Assembly (NCBI GenBank): GCA_044070495.1
Contig: JBIPSI010000011.1
Span: 32,001-96,000, forward strand
Length of the DNA: 64,000 nucleotides
Direction: 5' to 3'
From: Spirulina sp.
Lineage (GTDB): Bacteria > Cyanobacteriota > Cyanobacteriia > Phormidesmidales > Phormidesmidaceae
Under the pieces are notes generated by a model. It was not told where the DNA came from. It saw only the letters and a program-made list of their open reading frames with translations, and did not search any database. Both the position numbers and the translations under genes were made by a program. Below, piece after piece: positions 9,669 through 20,039 of the stretch. The number at the start of each line of letters is the position of its first letter. Position 1 is the first letter of the stretch.

Positions 9669-9990
9669 GAAGGATAACAATTTAGCCGTAAAAATGCCAT
9701 CGAGCCTGAGCCCGCCCCGCACTCTGGCGCGGTTCCTTGGTCTAGGGCGGTGGTCTAGGCTACCTTGACGCCCCTGAAAAGTTACGCGACACTACATCTA
9801 ATTGAGGGTAACCCTCTCGCTGTTCAATGCGAGTCAATACAAGTGATTGACTTTTGCAATGTAAGCGCGTGGGTGACCGCCTTAATTCTTAGTAGGATAA
9901 AATTGCGAGAACTCCGCAATGGCCAGAGGCAAAGGCTTGCATGGGTTGATGCTTTTTGGCCCTTCGTGACAATAAAAATTAGCACCCACT

Positions 9991-10206
9991 ATGGAAACCT
10001 TAGAGTTCATTATTTATCCCGATGGTCGGGTCAAGGAGATGGTAACCGGCATCGTGGGAGCCTCCTGCGCTGAGGTAACCGCTGCCATTGAAGCTCAGTT
10101 GGGCACCGTGGTTTCCCATCAAACCACCTCCGAGTACTACACCCAACGCCAGGATCAGACCCTTCAGGAACAAACCTCGGCCCAGGTTTCCTACAGTCAG
10201 TGGTAA
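9991..10206 (+). CDS. DUF2997 family protein
   Basis: METLEFIIYPDGRVKE.VTGIVGASC.EVT..IE..LG. Confidence 0.85.
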   Translation: METLEFIIYPDGRVKEMVTGIVGASCAEVTAAIEAQLGTVVSHQTTSEYYTQRQDQTLQEQTSAQVSYSQW

Positions 10207-10248
10207 GCGCCTATTTCCAGTTTTTGTTCTCAATACACCGAAGAAAAC

Positions 10249-10641
10249 ATGTCACACTTTAGCCAAATTAAAACCAAGCTTCGCAACCTCTCCTCCCTCC
10301 AGGCGGCCCTCACCGACCTCGGTACCGACTGGAAGTCTGGCCCCTGCACCGTGCGCGGCTACCAGGGCCAAACCCAGCAGGCCGAGATCGTTATTCCCCA
10401 GGAGAACGGCTACGACATTGGCTTCCGTCGCAACACCGATACCCAAGATTATGAGCTGGTGGCCGATCTGCAATACTGGCAGCAGCCCCTCACGGTGGAC
10501 GGCTTCCTCAGCCAGGTAACCCAGCGCTACGCCTACAACACCGTGCTCACCGAGAGCAGTCGCCAAGGCTTCCAGCTCACCGAAGAACAGGTGCAAAAAG
10601 ATGGTTCTGTGCGCCTCGTGGTGCAACGCTGGAACGGCTAG
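10249..10641 (+). CDS. ycf35: DUF1257 / Ycf35 family protein
   Basis: MSHFSQIKT...VRGYQGQ...YELVADLQYW...QRYAY. Confidence 0.88.
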   Translation: MSHFSQIKTKLRNLSSLQAALTDLGTDWKSGPCTVRGYQGQTQQAEIVIPQENGYDIGFRRNTDTQDYELVADLQYWQQPLTVDGFLSQVTQRYAYNTVLTESSRQGFQLTEEQVQKDGSVRLVVQRWNG

Positions 10642-10665
10642 TTTTACCATCAACAAGCGATTTAC

Positions 10666-10687
10666 GGGGGGCGCTGAGCCCCTTTTT
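10666..10687 (+). terminator. Intrinsic terminator
   Basis: GGGGGGC-GCTGA-GCCCC hairpin followed by a T-tract. Confidence 0.6.
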
Positions 10688-10794
10688 GCTAGGTTCAGTT
10701 AGTCTGGGCCATTTGGTGCGATTGGGCCGTTGAGCTGCATCGGGTTGGGGATGGGGCTAAACGGCAATAACCCTGCTGATACGGAGTTGATTCC

Positions 10795-11262
10795 ATGGCG
10801 GATGCGGATGCGGTCTTTAATCTATCCCCTCTTACCCCCCAGCCCACGGGGCTAGAGCCGGAATTGGGGGGGTACCTGCGGCAGGCGGAGAATCGCACGG
10901 GGTTTGAGCCAGAACTGGGGGGGCAACTGCGCCAAAAGGGCGTTTACGTCGATGAAATTACCTGCATTGGCTGCAAACACTGCGCCCACGTCGCCCGCAA
11001 CACCTTCTACATCGAGCCAGACTATGGCCGTTCGCGGGTCTATCGGCAGGATGGCGACTCCGAGGAGATTATCCAAGAAGCCATCGACACCTGCCCCGTG
11101 GACTGCATTCACTGGGTAGACTACACCGAGCTCAAACAGCTTGAGGCCGACCGTAAGCACCAGGTGATTCCCGTCGCCGGGTTCCCGGTGGATAAAGCCA
11201 CCGCCATTCTGCAAATGCGGCGGGCCAAACTGAAGGCCAGACGGGCCACCGCCCAGGATTAG
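10795..11262 (+). CDS. Bacterial-type ferredoxin (Fer4_13/15-like)
   Basis: CIGCKHC...CPVDCIHW; duplicated EPELGG N-terminal motif; usual neighbour of DUF2997-DUF1257. Confidence 0.88.
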   Translation: MADADAVFNLSPLTPQPTGLEPELGGYLRQAENRTGFEPELGGQLRQKGVYVDEITCIGCKHCAHVARNTFYIEPDYGRSRVYRQDGDSEEIIQEAIDTCPVDCIHWVDYTELKQLEADRKHQVIPVAGFPVDKATAILQMRRAKLKARRATAQD

Positions 11263-11345
11263 AAAAGGGCTAAGGCCCTGGGGAAGTCCTAGGGAAGGCG
11301 TCCACACCGCCCTAGGGGGCCGACAGGGGCCAAGGGAATGGAAGC

Positions 11346-11388
11346 GTAACTGCCAATACAGTCTTTGGCAAGAACTGAACCCTAGCAT
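11346..11388 (+). promoter_or_regulatory. Canonical NtcA-activated promoter
   Basis: GTA-ACTGCCAA-TAC (11346-11359), 23 nt spacer, TAGCAT -10 box (11383-11388). Confidence 0.75.
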
Positions 11389-11423
11389 GGCTCTAAATTG
11401 TCGTATCAGAGCCCCTCAGCCCT

Positions 11424-12455
11424 ATGTCTACCGCCATTACCCTGCCCCGGGAATGCACCTTCAGCCCCTCCGACTGGGAGGCATTGGCCCCCTTCTGGTA
11501 TCCCGTCGCTTTTTCCCACGAAGTCACCGCTGATAAACCCTTTGGGGCGCGGCTGTTGGATGAGCGCTTGGTGCTGTATCGCGCAGCGGATGGAACGGTG
11601 GTAGCCGCTCGAGATCTCTGTCTACACCGGGGTGCACCCCTCAGCCTGGGCTGGGTGGAGGCGGGGGAGTTGGTGTGCGCTTACCACGGCGTTCGCTACG
11701 CGGATCAAGGTCAGTGTGTTTGCATTCCCGCTGCCCCCGATGCCGCGATTCCGAAACGCCTGCGCCTCACAACCTACCCTGTTCGCGAGCAGTATGGCCT
11801 TGTTTGGGTGCGCCTGGTAGACAACGGCCCGGTACCCTTCCCTGAATTTGAGGCCTGGGACGATCCCGACTACCTTCAGATCATTCCCGACTCGGTGCAT
11901 CTAGAGGCGGCGGCGGGTCGCCAAGTGGAAGGTTTTTTAGACGTGAGCCACTTTGCCTTTATCCACAAGGATTCCTTTGGCGAAAGCGATAACCCAGAGG
12001 TGCCCGACTACCCCGTTGCCTACACAGACGGCGGCTTCACGGCGGATTATGTCAGTACGGTCAGCAACTTGCCCCACGGCTATAAACACCTGAGCCCGCC
12101 TGGGTTTCAGTGGCGACGGCTGTTTCAGGTTTGGCTACCGTTTACGGTGCGGCTGTCGGTCACCTTTCCAGAGGGGATGCTGCACATTTTGAATGCGGCT
12201 TGCCCAGTGTCGGCCCGCAAAACCCGCGTGTTTTCACCCCTTTGTCGCAATTTTGATAAGGACGCTCCCCTAGAAGAGACCCTAGCCTTTAACCACCAAG
12301 TCTTTGGCGAGGACAAGGCCATCGTGGAAGAACTTTGGCCCGAAGATCTACCGATCAACCTGGCCGATGAAGTTCACATTGCGGGGGACAAGAGTTCGAT
12401 TACCTATCGCAAGTTGCTGGCCAAAATCGGCCTAGGGAAGTCGTTTACGGCCTAG
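11424..12455 (+). CDS. Rieske non-heme iron oxygenase alpha subunit (VanA/NdmA-like demethylase)
   Basis: CLH...CAYH Rieske ligands, EGFLDVSHFAFIH, VFGEDK. Confidence 0.9.
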   Translation: MSTAITLPRECTFSPSDWEALAPFWYPVAFSHEVTADKPFGARLLDERLVLYRAADGTVVAARDLCLHRGAPLSLGWVEAGELVCAYHGVRYADQGQCVCIPAAPDAAIPKRLRLTTYPVREQYGLVWVRLVDNGPVPFPEFEAWDDPDYLQIIPDSVHLEAAAGRQVEGFLDVSHFAFIHKDSFGESDNPEVPDYPVAYTDGGFTADYVSTVSNLPHGYKHLSPPGFQWRRLFQVWLPFTVRLSVTFPEGMLHILNAACPVSARKTRVFSPLCRNFDKDAPLEETLAFNHQVFGEDKAIVEELWPEDLPINLADEVHIAGDKSSITYRKLLAKIGLGKSFTA

Positions 12456-12519
12456 ACCGATTGTCCACAGATCTTTCCTCTAGCCTGGTAGCCCACCGGA
12501 TCTTGAGCACAAGCGAGTT

Positions 12520-12563
12520 GCCTAGGCCCGTTTTGCCCCAGGGCAGACAGAACGGGCCTAGGC
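12520..12563. terminator. Long hairpin between convergent genes
   Basis: GCCTAGGCCCGTT...AACGGGCCTAGGC 13-bp stem. Confidence 0.6.
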
Positions 12564-12582
12564 TAGACTGCTCTAAACCGAT

Positions 12583-14145
12583 CTAAGAGGCCACCTCGGC
12601 GGCTGGGGTGGCCTTGGCAGGGGCTTGGGTGGGCCGATGGAGGGGATCCATCACCACCTCTAGGCGCTTGAACAGCAGAGAGGCCAGGGAAGTCATCACC
12701 AGGTAGACCAGGGCCACAGCTAGGTAGATTTCAAAGGCGCGGTAGGTGGTGGCGACGGTGAGTTGCCCTTGGCGGAACAGTTCCTCAAAGCCGATCACGG
12801 CGGCCAAGCTGGTGTCTTTGATCAGGGTGATGAACTCGTTGCCCAGGGGAGGCAAAATCCGCCGGAAGGCCTGGGGAAAGACCACGTAGCGCATGGTTTC
12901 GATGGGGTTGAGGGCGAGGGCTTCCCCGGCTTCCCACTGGCCCCGGTCGATGGATTGAATGCCGCCGCGCAGAATTTCCGCCAGATAGGCGGCTACATTC
13001 AGGCTGAGGGCCAGGATGGCGGCAAAGAAACGGCCAAAGCTGAAGTCTAGACCCAACTCTTGGAACAGGGCGGGTAGGCCAAAGTAGATCATGAACAACT
13101 GCACCAGCATCGGCGTACCCCGGAAAAAGTCCACGTACACGCGGCAGATCAAGCGCAGGGGTTTGAAGGGCGAAATTAGGGCAAAGGCAATCAGGGTGCC
13201 GCCAATTAGACCAAAGACGAAGGAAAACACCGTCAACAAAATGGTGACCCAGGCCCCACGCATCAGGTTGCGCCACAGTTGGCCCCAGTTGAGGCCGCTG
13301 GCGGTGCCGCTGCTGAGGGCGGGGGCTTCCACGGGCAGTTCCGGCGGGTCGGCGGTGAACCACTGGCGATAGATCTGGGCGTAGGTGCCGTTTTGAATCA
13401 GATCCGCGAGGGCTGTGTTCATCAGGGCTAGGTTTTCGGAACCCTTGGGCAGGGCGATACCGTAGTATTCCTCCGTCAGCAGTTCGCCAACGATTTTGAT
13501 GCCCTGGAGGTTGGCTTCGTTGATGGCAAACAGGGTGACGGGCAGGTCGTTGACCACCGCATCCACCCGGCCATTCAGCAGTTCTTGTAGGGCTAGGGGG
13601 GCGCTGTCAAAGGTGGTGATGCTGGCCCCTTCCACCAGCTTGGCCTGCTCGGCTCCGGTGGTGCCAATTTGCACGGCAATGCGCTTTCCGGCCAGGCTTT
13701 CTAGGGAGGTGATCTCGTCGTTGTTCTCCCGCACCGCGATGGCGAGTCCGGCCTTGAAGTAGGGGCTGGAAAAGTCGATGGTTTGGGCGCGTTCGGCGGT
13801 GATGGTCATGCCGCTGATCGCCCCGTCGATAGTGTTGGATTGCAGGGCCGGAATTAGGCCATCGAAGGGCAGGGCAATAAACTCCACCTCGCGCCCCGCC
13901 GCCTCACCCAGGGCTTGCATCAACTCGATATCGAAGCCGATTAGGTCGCCCGTGGCTTCATCCTTCATCTCAAAGGGGGGAAAAGCGGGTTCGGTGCCAA
14001 TTTTCCACACCGTGGCATCCTGGGCGAAACTGGGCCTATACCCCAAGCCCAGGCCCAGCATGAGGGCAATCCCCAAACCCAGGGCCAGCAACCGATTTAT
14101 CCAGCGACGGCGCAACGACAGGCGAGACATGAGATGAACCTTCAC
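12583..14145 (-). CDS. bgtB: Polar amino acid ABC transporter, fused substrate-binding and permease subunit (BgtB-like)
   Basis: Signal peptide, GTEPAFPPFE/GFDIEL SBP_bac_3 domain, FFRGTPMLVQ, EAG.ALAL permease motif. Confidence 0.85.
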   Translation of the reverse strand: MKVHLMSRLSLRRRWINRLLALGLGIALMLGLGLGYRPSFAQDATVWKIGTEPAFPPFEMKDEATGDLIGFDIELMQALGEAAGREVEFIALPFDGLIPALQSNTIDGAISGMTITAERAQTIDFSSPYFKAGLAIAVRENNDEITSLESLAGKRIAVQIGTTGAEQAKLVEGASITTFDSAPLALQELLNGRVDAVVNDLPVTLFAINEANLQGIKIVGELLTEEYYGIALPKGSENLALMNTALADLIQNGTYAQIYRQWFTADPPELPVEAPALSSGTASGLNWGQLWRNLMRGAWVTILLTVFSFVFGLIGGTLIAFALISPFKPLRLICRVYVDFFRGTPMLVQLFMIYFGLPALFQELGLDFSFGRFFAAILALSLNVAAYLAEILRGGIQSIDRGQWEAGEALALNPIETMRYVVFPQAFRRILPPLGNEFITLIKDTSLAAVIGFEELFRQGQLTVATTYRAFEIYLAVALVYLVMTSLASLLFKRLEVVMDPLHRPTQAPAKATPAAEVAS

Positions 14146-14237
14146 AGCGTTACCAACCTCCCAGACGTGATGGGCCTTAAATGTTAGCGGGCCTTCATCG
14201 CAGGGGCTGAGAAGCCCACCGTGATTGCAGCTAATGA

Positions 14238-14281
14238 ACCATATAAATTTGTGTAATCGGGAAAATGTTGGCTTTGCTACA
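14238..14281 (-). promoter_or_regulatory. Probable NtcA-type promoter for bgtB
   Basis: Minus strand GTAGCAAAGCCAAC (one mismatch), 23 nt spacer, TATGGT. Confidence 0.5.
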
Positions 14282-14369
14282 GATTTCCCATTGAAATCCG
14301 TGGATTTCTTTAAGAAACCTCAAGTCCGCTTTCTTTGTCCGATAATAGCCCCAGTATTCCGGCCTACCT

Positions 14370-15134
14370 ATGACAGCCACCTCTTCCCCTAGCTCCGTCA
14401 TTACCTGCGAGAATCTGCACAAAAGCTTTGGCCCCATCGAGGTGCTCAAGGGCATTAGCACCACCTTTGAAAAGGGCGATGTGGTCTCTGTGATTGGCCC
14501 CTCCGGCTGCGGCAAAAGCACCTTCCTGCGCTGCCTCAATCGGCTAGAGTCCATCAACCAGGGGCGGCTGGAGGTAATGGGGCAGGATATGTCCTCCCCC
14601 AAGCTCACCTGGAAGGCGCTGTATCACCTGCGTAGCCAGGTCAGTATGGTGTTTCAGCATTTCAACCTGTTTCCCCACCTGACGGTGCTCGAAAACCTGA
14701 TGCTGGCCCCCCAAAAGGCCCTCAAGGTTTCCAAGGCCGAAGCCCAGGATTTGGCCCTGCACTACCTCGCCAAGGTGGGCCTAGCCGAACGCGCCCACGC
14801 CTACCCCGATCAGCTCTCCGGGGGCCAAAAGCAGCGGGTGGCCATTGCCCGCAGCCTGTGCATGAAGCCAGAGGCCATCCTGTTTGATGAACCCACCAGC
14901 GCCCTCGACCCCGAACTGGTGGGGGAAGTGCTGGGGGTGATGCGGCAACTGGCCCAGGAGGGCATGACCATGGTGGTGGTCACCCACGAAATGCAGTTTG
15001 CCCGCGAAGTCTCGAACCGAGTGCTGTTTTTCAATGCGGGCCTGATTGAAGAGGAAGGGGATCCCAGAACCGTCTTCAGCAACCCCAGCAGTGATCGCCT
15101 GAGGGCTTTCCTCAGCCGCATCAGCCAGCACTAA
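14370..15134 (+). CDS. bgtA: Amino acid ABC transporter ATP-binding protein (BgtA/GlnQ-like)
   Basis: [32 protein letters not shown]. Confidence 0.9.
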   Translation: MTATSSPSSVITCENLHKSFGPIEVLKGISTTFEKGDVVSVIGPSGCGKSTFLRCLNRLESINQGRLEVMGQDMSSPKLTWKALYHLRSQVSMVFQHFNLFPHLTVLENLMLAPQKALKVSKAEAQDLALHYLAKVGLAERAHAYPDQLSGGQKQRVAIARSLCMKPEAILFDEPTSALDPELVGEVLGVMRQLAQEGMTMVVVTHEMQFAREVSNRVLFFNAGLIEEEGDPRTVFSNPSSDRLRAFLSRISQH

Positions 15135-18100
15135 GCTTCACCCCCTCCATAGCCGCCGCCGCCGGGAGTGGCAATGCGGAGTTGGTCGCCCGGTTCCATG
15201 GTGACCGTGACCTGTCCGGGTAATCGTTCCACGGAACCATCGGCGCGAATCACGGTATTTTCGCCCACCTGTCCCGGTGCGCCCCCGGCAAGGCCAAAGG
15301 GTGGGACGGTGCGACGGTTGGAGAGAATCGCCGCCGTCATAGTTTCTTGGAATTCAATCTGCCGAATCATGCCGTTGCCGCCGGGAAATTCTCCCTGGCC
15401 GCCACTGTGGGGGCGGATGGCAAACTGCCGCAGCCGCACCGGAAAGCGCCATTCCAGCACCTCCGGGTCGGTGAGGCGCGAGTTGGTCATGTGGGTGTGG
15501 ACGGCATCGGTGCCGGAGAACCCAGGCCCAGCCCCAGATCCGCCGCAGAGGGTTTCGTAGTACTGATACTGGGCGTTGCCGAAGGTGAGGTTGTTCATGG
15601 TGCCCTGGGAAGCGGCCATTGCCCCTAGCGCCCCATAGAGCGCATCGGTCACCGCCTGGGAAACCTCCACATTGCCCGCCACCACCGCCGCCGGATAGGT
15701 CGGGTTCAGCATGGAACCCTCTGGAACGTGGATTGCCAACGGTTTGAGACAGCCCGCATTGAGGGGAATATCGTCCTCCACCAGGGTTCTAAACACGTAC
15801 AGCACCGCCGCCTTCGTCACTGCCAGGGGCGCATTGAAATTGTTAGGCCGCTGTGGGGAAGTCCCTGAAAAATCAATTCGGGCACAGCGCTGGGCACGAT
15901 CCACCGTCACCCGCACCGCAATCTGGCTACCGTCATCCATCGAGTAGGAAAACTCGCCATCCTGAAGCCGATCAATCACCCGCCGCACACATTCTTCAGC
16001 ATTATCTTGGACGTGCTGCATATAGGTTTGCACCGTGGCGAGGCCGTAGCGATTCACCAGTTTTTGTAATTCCTGCACCCCCTTTTCGTTGGCGGCAATC
16101 TGGGCCTGAAGATCCGCAATATTTTGGGCTACATTCCGCACGGGATAAGGCGCTGTAGTCAATATTTCTTGTAATTCTGCTTCCAAAAATTGACCCTGAT
16201 TAACCAATTGAACATTGTCCAGCAGTACCCCTTCTTCCTCAATAGATGTGCTGTCCGGCGGCATCGATCCGGGAGTAATGCCGCCGATATCCGCATGGTG
16301 GCCACGGGAGGCGACGTAGAACTGGGGGCGTGGGAAGTGGGGAGTGGGGAGTGGGGAGTCAGATGGGGAGGAATCTAGGAATACCGGGGTAATAACGGTG
16401 ATGTCTGGCAGGTGAGTACCGCCGTTGTAGGGGTTGTTTTGCAGATAAACATCCCCAGGTTTGAGGCTTTCACCCTTGGCCTGAATCAGACTCCGCACAC
16501 TTTCGCCCATAGAACCCAGATGCACGGGAATATGGGGCGCATTGGCAACCAGTTGCCCCTGCTGGTCGAACACCGCACAGGAAAAGTCTAGCCGCTCCTT
16601 GATATTCACCGAGTAGCTCGTATTTTGCAGCGTTACCCCCATTTCTTCGGCAACGGCGCGAAAGAGGTTGTTGAAGATTTCTAGCAATACCGGATCGGGA
16701 GTCGAAAGTCGAGAGTCGGGAGTCGGGAGTGAATCGGCCTTTTGATTCTGAACGTCAACGTTTAACTTTTGAATTCCTTTTACGGTTGCCTTCAGAATTA
16801 AATGACCCTTAGCCGTAAAAGTGGCCTGCCAATGGGGTTCTACAACGTTGGTGCCCGTGGGTTCAATAATTAGCGCTGGCCCAGAAATCACATCCCCCGG
16901 ACACAGATCCTCCCGGTGATAAATGGGCGTGTCTTGCCAAGTATCAGCAGTGTAAATCGGGACGGTAGCCCTAGGCACCAGGGGCGTGGTGCGGGGTTTG
17001 GTTAACTCCGGTTCCGCTGGGCTGTGGGTATGGCCAACCACTTCAACGGTGGCCGTATCCACAATCAGACGCTTATCTGGTTGGGCGAAACCATAGCGCT
17101 GACGATGCAGGGCCGTAAACTGCTCCGTCATCTCCGCCACAGAGCCAAAATCCACCGCCAGGGTAGAGTCGGTGCCCTCGTATTTCAACAGCAGCCGGGG
17201 GAGGACTTGGGGAGAATCGGGAGCGGGGCTAGGGGTGAGGGCTTCAAGGGAACTTTGAATTTTGAACTTTGAATTTTGAACTTTGAACCCCTGCTGCGCC
17301 AATTCCTCCAGCCCCTTATCCGCCAAGGACTCCAGCACTCGCTGAATTTCCCGTAACGTGGCTTCGTTAAGAGGCTGTTCTACCGATTGTTCGTGAAGCG
17401 ACCGCACATCCGCCAACCCCATGCCGTAGGCCGACAGCACCCCAGCGTAGGGATGGATGAACACCTCGGTCATGCCTAGGGCATCGGCGATCAGGCAGGC
17501 GTGTTGCCCCCCGGCTCCGCCAAAGCAGCAGAGGACGTACTCGGCCAGATCGTAGCCCCGCTGCACGGAGATTTTTTTGATGGCGTTGGCCATTTTCTCC
17601 ACGGCAATCGCCAAAAAACCAGCGGCGACCTGTTCGGGACGGCGGACATCTCCGGTTTGGGTATGAATCTCCTCAGCCAGGGCTGAGAACTTTTGCCGCA
17701 CAATGTCTGCATCCAAGGGCAAATTCCCCGCTGGGCCGAAGACCTGGGGAAAAAATTCCGGCTGAAGCTTGCCTACCATGACGTTGCAATCCGTCACCGC
17801 CAGCGGCCCCCCGTGGCGATAGCAGGCTGGCCCTGGGTACGCCCCCGCCGACTCTGGCCCCACCCGATAGCGGCTGCCATCAAAGCTCACCATCGATCCG
17901 CCCCCCGCCGCCACGGTATGAATCGCCATCATCGGTGCCCGCAGCCGCACCCCCGCCACCTCGGTTTCTAGGGTGCGCTCGTACTCGCCCCGATAGTGGG
18001 ACACATCCGTCGAAGTGCCGCCCATATCAAAGCCAATAATTTGCCTGTAACCCGCCTGCCCACTGGTCTGCACCGCCCCCACAATCCCCCCCGCTGGCCC

Positions 18101-19030
18101 AGAGAGAATGCTGTCTCTGCCCTGAAACAACGCCGCATCCGTCAGCCCGCCGTTGGACTGCATGAACATCAGGCGAGGTAATGGGGGATGGGGAGATGGG
18201 GGGATGGGGGGATGGGGGGGGGATCCTTCCGGTTCCCCTCTCCCTTGGGGAGAGGGGCTAGGGGTGAGGGCTGCCGAGGATCTAGAAATAGAGGCTTCCG
18301 AATCATCAGAACTGTGAGCAGGCTGCAACTGCCCCGCCACCCGATCCACATACCGCCGCAAAATGGGCGACAGGTAGGCATCAACGACGGTGGTATCTCC
18401 CCGGCTGATCAATTTAATTAGGGGGCTGACTTGGTGGGACAGGGAAACCTGGGTAAAGCCCACTTCACAGGCGAGTTCACCCAAGCGCTGCTCATGGGTA
18501 GGATAGCGGTAGCCGTGCATGAGGACGATGGCGCAGGATCGAATCCCGCTGGCATAGGCCTCCTGAAGGTCTTGGCGGAGGCGATCTTCCTCAGCCTGGG
18601 TGAGCGGCGTCAGGATTTCTCCTTGGGCGCTGATCCGTTCCTGCACTTCCAAGACGCTTTCGTAGAGCATTTCGGGGAGTTGGATGTGGCGGGCAAAGAT
18701 GTCGGGCCGATTTTGGTAGCCGATCCGCAGGGCATCGCGGAAACCTTGGGTGATCAGCAGCAGGACGCGATCCCCCTTGCGTTCCAGCAGGGCATTGGTG
18801 GCGACGGTGGTGCCCATTTTCACCGCTTCAATGGCCTCGGCGGGGATGGGTTCGCCCTCGCTCAACCCCAGCAGGTCGCGAATGCCTTGAATCGGAGCAT
18901 CGGCGTAGCGGTCGGGATTTTCTGACAGCAGCTTGTGGACGACCAATGTTCCATCGGGACGGCGGGCCACAATGTCGGTAAAGGTGCCACCTCGGTCAAT
19001 CCAAAATTGCCAGCGCTGGGGAGAAGTCAA
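15131..19030 (-). CDS. Fused 5-oxoprolinase / hydantoinase A-B
   Basis: [51 protein letters not shown]. Confidence 0.95.
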   Translation of the reverse strand: MTSPQRWQFWIDRGGTFTDIVARRPDGTLVVHKLLSENPDRYADAPIQGIRDLLGLSEGEPIPAEAIEAVKMGTTVATNALLERKGDRVLLLITQGFRDALRIGYQNRPDIFARHIQLPEMLYESVLEVQERISAQGEILTPLTQAEEDRLRQDLQEAYASGIRSCAIVLMHGYRYPTHEQRLGELACEVGFTQVSLSHQVSPLIKLISRGDTTVVDAYLSPILRRYVDRVAGQLQPAHSSDDSEASISRSSAALTPSPSPQGRGEPEGSPPHPPIPPSPHPPLPRLMFMQSNGGLTDAALFQGRDSILSGPAGGIVGAVQTSGQAGYRQIIGFDMGGTSTDVSHYRGEYERTLETEVAGVRLRAPMMAIHTVAAGGGSMVSFDGSRYRVGPESAGAYPGPACYRHGGPLAVTDCNVMVGKLQPEFFPQVFGPAGNLPLDADIVRQKFSALAEEIHTQTGDVRRPEQVAAGFLAIAVEKMANAIKKISVQRGYDLAEYVLCCFGGAGGQHACLIADALGMTEVFIHPYAGVLSAYGMGLADVRSLHEQSVEQPLNEATLREIQRVLESLADKGLEELAQQGFKVQNSKFKIQSSLEALTPSPAPDSPQVLPRLLLKYEGTDSTLAVDFGSVAEMTEQFTALHRQRYGFAQPDKRLIVDTATVEVVGHTHSPAEPELTKPRTTPLVPRATVPIYTADTWQDTPIYHREDLCPGDVISGPALIIEPTGTNVVEPHWQATFTAKGHLILKATVKGIQKLNVDVQNQKADSLPTPDSRLSTPDPVLLEIFNNLFRAVAEEMGVTLQNTSYSVNIKERLDFSCAVFDQQGQLVANAPHIPVHLGSMGESVRSLIQAKGESLKPGDVYLQNNPYNGGTHLPDITVITPVFLDSSPSDSPLPTPHFPRPQFYVASRGHHADIGGITPGSMPPDSTSIEEEGVLLDNVQLVNQGQFLEAELQEILTTAPYPVRNVAQNIADLQAQIAANEKGVQELQKLVNRYGLATVQTYMQHVQDNAEECVRRVIDRLQDGEFSYSMDDGSQIAVRVTVDRAQRCARIDFSGTSPQRPNNFNAPLAVTKAAVLYVFRTLVEDDIPLNAGCLKPLAIHVPEGSMLNPTYPAAVVAGNVEVSQAVTDALYGALGAMAASQGTMNNLTFGNAQYQYYETLCGGSGAGPGFSGTDAVHTHMTNSRLTDPEVLEWRFPVRLRQFAIRPHSGGQGEFPGGNGMIRQIEFQETMTAAILSNRRTVPPFGLAGGAPGQVGENTVIRADGSVERLPGQVTVTMEPGDQLRIATPGGGGYGGGEA

Positions 19031-19139
19031 GGGAAACCTCCATCCGTAGCCAATCTTGGCATCATAGCCAAGCCTGGGGCGTTTTGGCCGTTGTCGCCAA
19101 GGGGATCACCACCGCCGCAGACTGTCGGCTAACCTGCCC

Positions 19140-19877
19140 TCAAAATTGGGCCATGAGATATTCTCGCCGTAGCCGCGCAATGGCATCGATGGAAATGCCC
19201 TTAGGACACACCGCCTGACATTCGCCGTGGTTGGAGCAGTCGCCAAAGCCCTCCGCCGCCATTTGATCGGTCATGGCGAGGACGCGGGCCTTGCGTTCGG
19301 GGTGGCCCTGGGGCAAGAGGGAGAGGTGAGCCACCTTAGCCGCCGTAAACAGAGAGGCCGAGGCATTGGGGCAGGCCGCCACACAGGCTCCACAGCCAAT
19401 GCAGGCCGCATAGTCAAAGGCTTGGTCGGCGTTGGCCTTAGGGACGGGGATGGCGTTGGCCTCTGGGGCTGACCCGGTTTTTGCCGAGATGTAGCCGCCT
19501 GCCACCATGATGCGGTCGAGGGCGGTACGGTCTACCACCAGATCTTTCATGACGGGAAACGCCTTGGCACGCCAGGGTTCAACGGTAATGGTGTCGCCGT
19601 CTTGGAAGTGGCGCAGGTAGAGTTGGCAGGTGGCGGTTTCGGTCTTCCCACCGTGGGCCTTGCCGTTGATCATCATGCCGCAGGAGCCGCAGATGCCCTC
19701 GCGGCAGTCGTGGTCAAACTCGATGGGGGCTTCCCCTCGGTGGATGAGCTGCTCGTTCAGGACATCCAGCAACTCCAAAAAGGACATATCGGGATGGGCC
19801 TCGGCCAGGGTATAGGTTTGCAACTGCCCCGATTTCTCGGCATTCGCCTGTCGCCAAACCTTGAGGTGAAGTTGCAT
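19140..19877 (-). CDS. sdhB: Succinate dehydrogenase/fumarate reductase iron-sulfur subunit
   Basis: [31 protein letters not shown]. Confidence 0.93.
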   Translation of the reverse strand: MQLHLKVWRQANAEKSGQLQTYTLAEAHPDMSFLELLDVLNEQLIHRGEAPIEFDHDCREGICGSCGMMINGKAHGGKTETATCQLYLRHFQDGDTITVEPWRAKAFPVMKDLVVDRTALDRIMVAGGYISAKTGSAPEANAIPVPKANADQAFDYAACIGCGACVAACPNASASLFTAAKVAHLSLLPQGHPERKARVLAMTDQMAAEGFGDCSNHGECQAVCPKGISIDAIARLRREYLMAQF

Positions 19878-20039
19878 CGCACCGACCAAACAACAGTAAC
19901 AGGGATAAGATGGCCTCCATGGGACTATGACCGCCCTGGGGCCGCAAGATGCCGCAACCGACGGTTTCCCCGGTTCGCCACCTCTTTAGGGTATACCCGA
20001 TCCTCCGGCAAGGGGGAGGCCCGCCATTCTATATAAATT

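Noticed and set aside
9765..10073. 102-aa ORF in the promoter region
   Set aside because: TTG start, overlaps DUF2997 out of frame, no motif
19140..19877. sdhB without adjacent sdhA/sdhC
   Set aside because: Scattered sdh genes are normal in cyanobacteria
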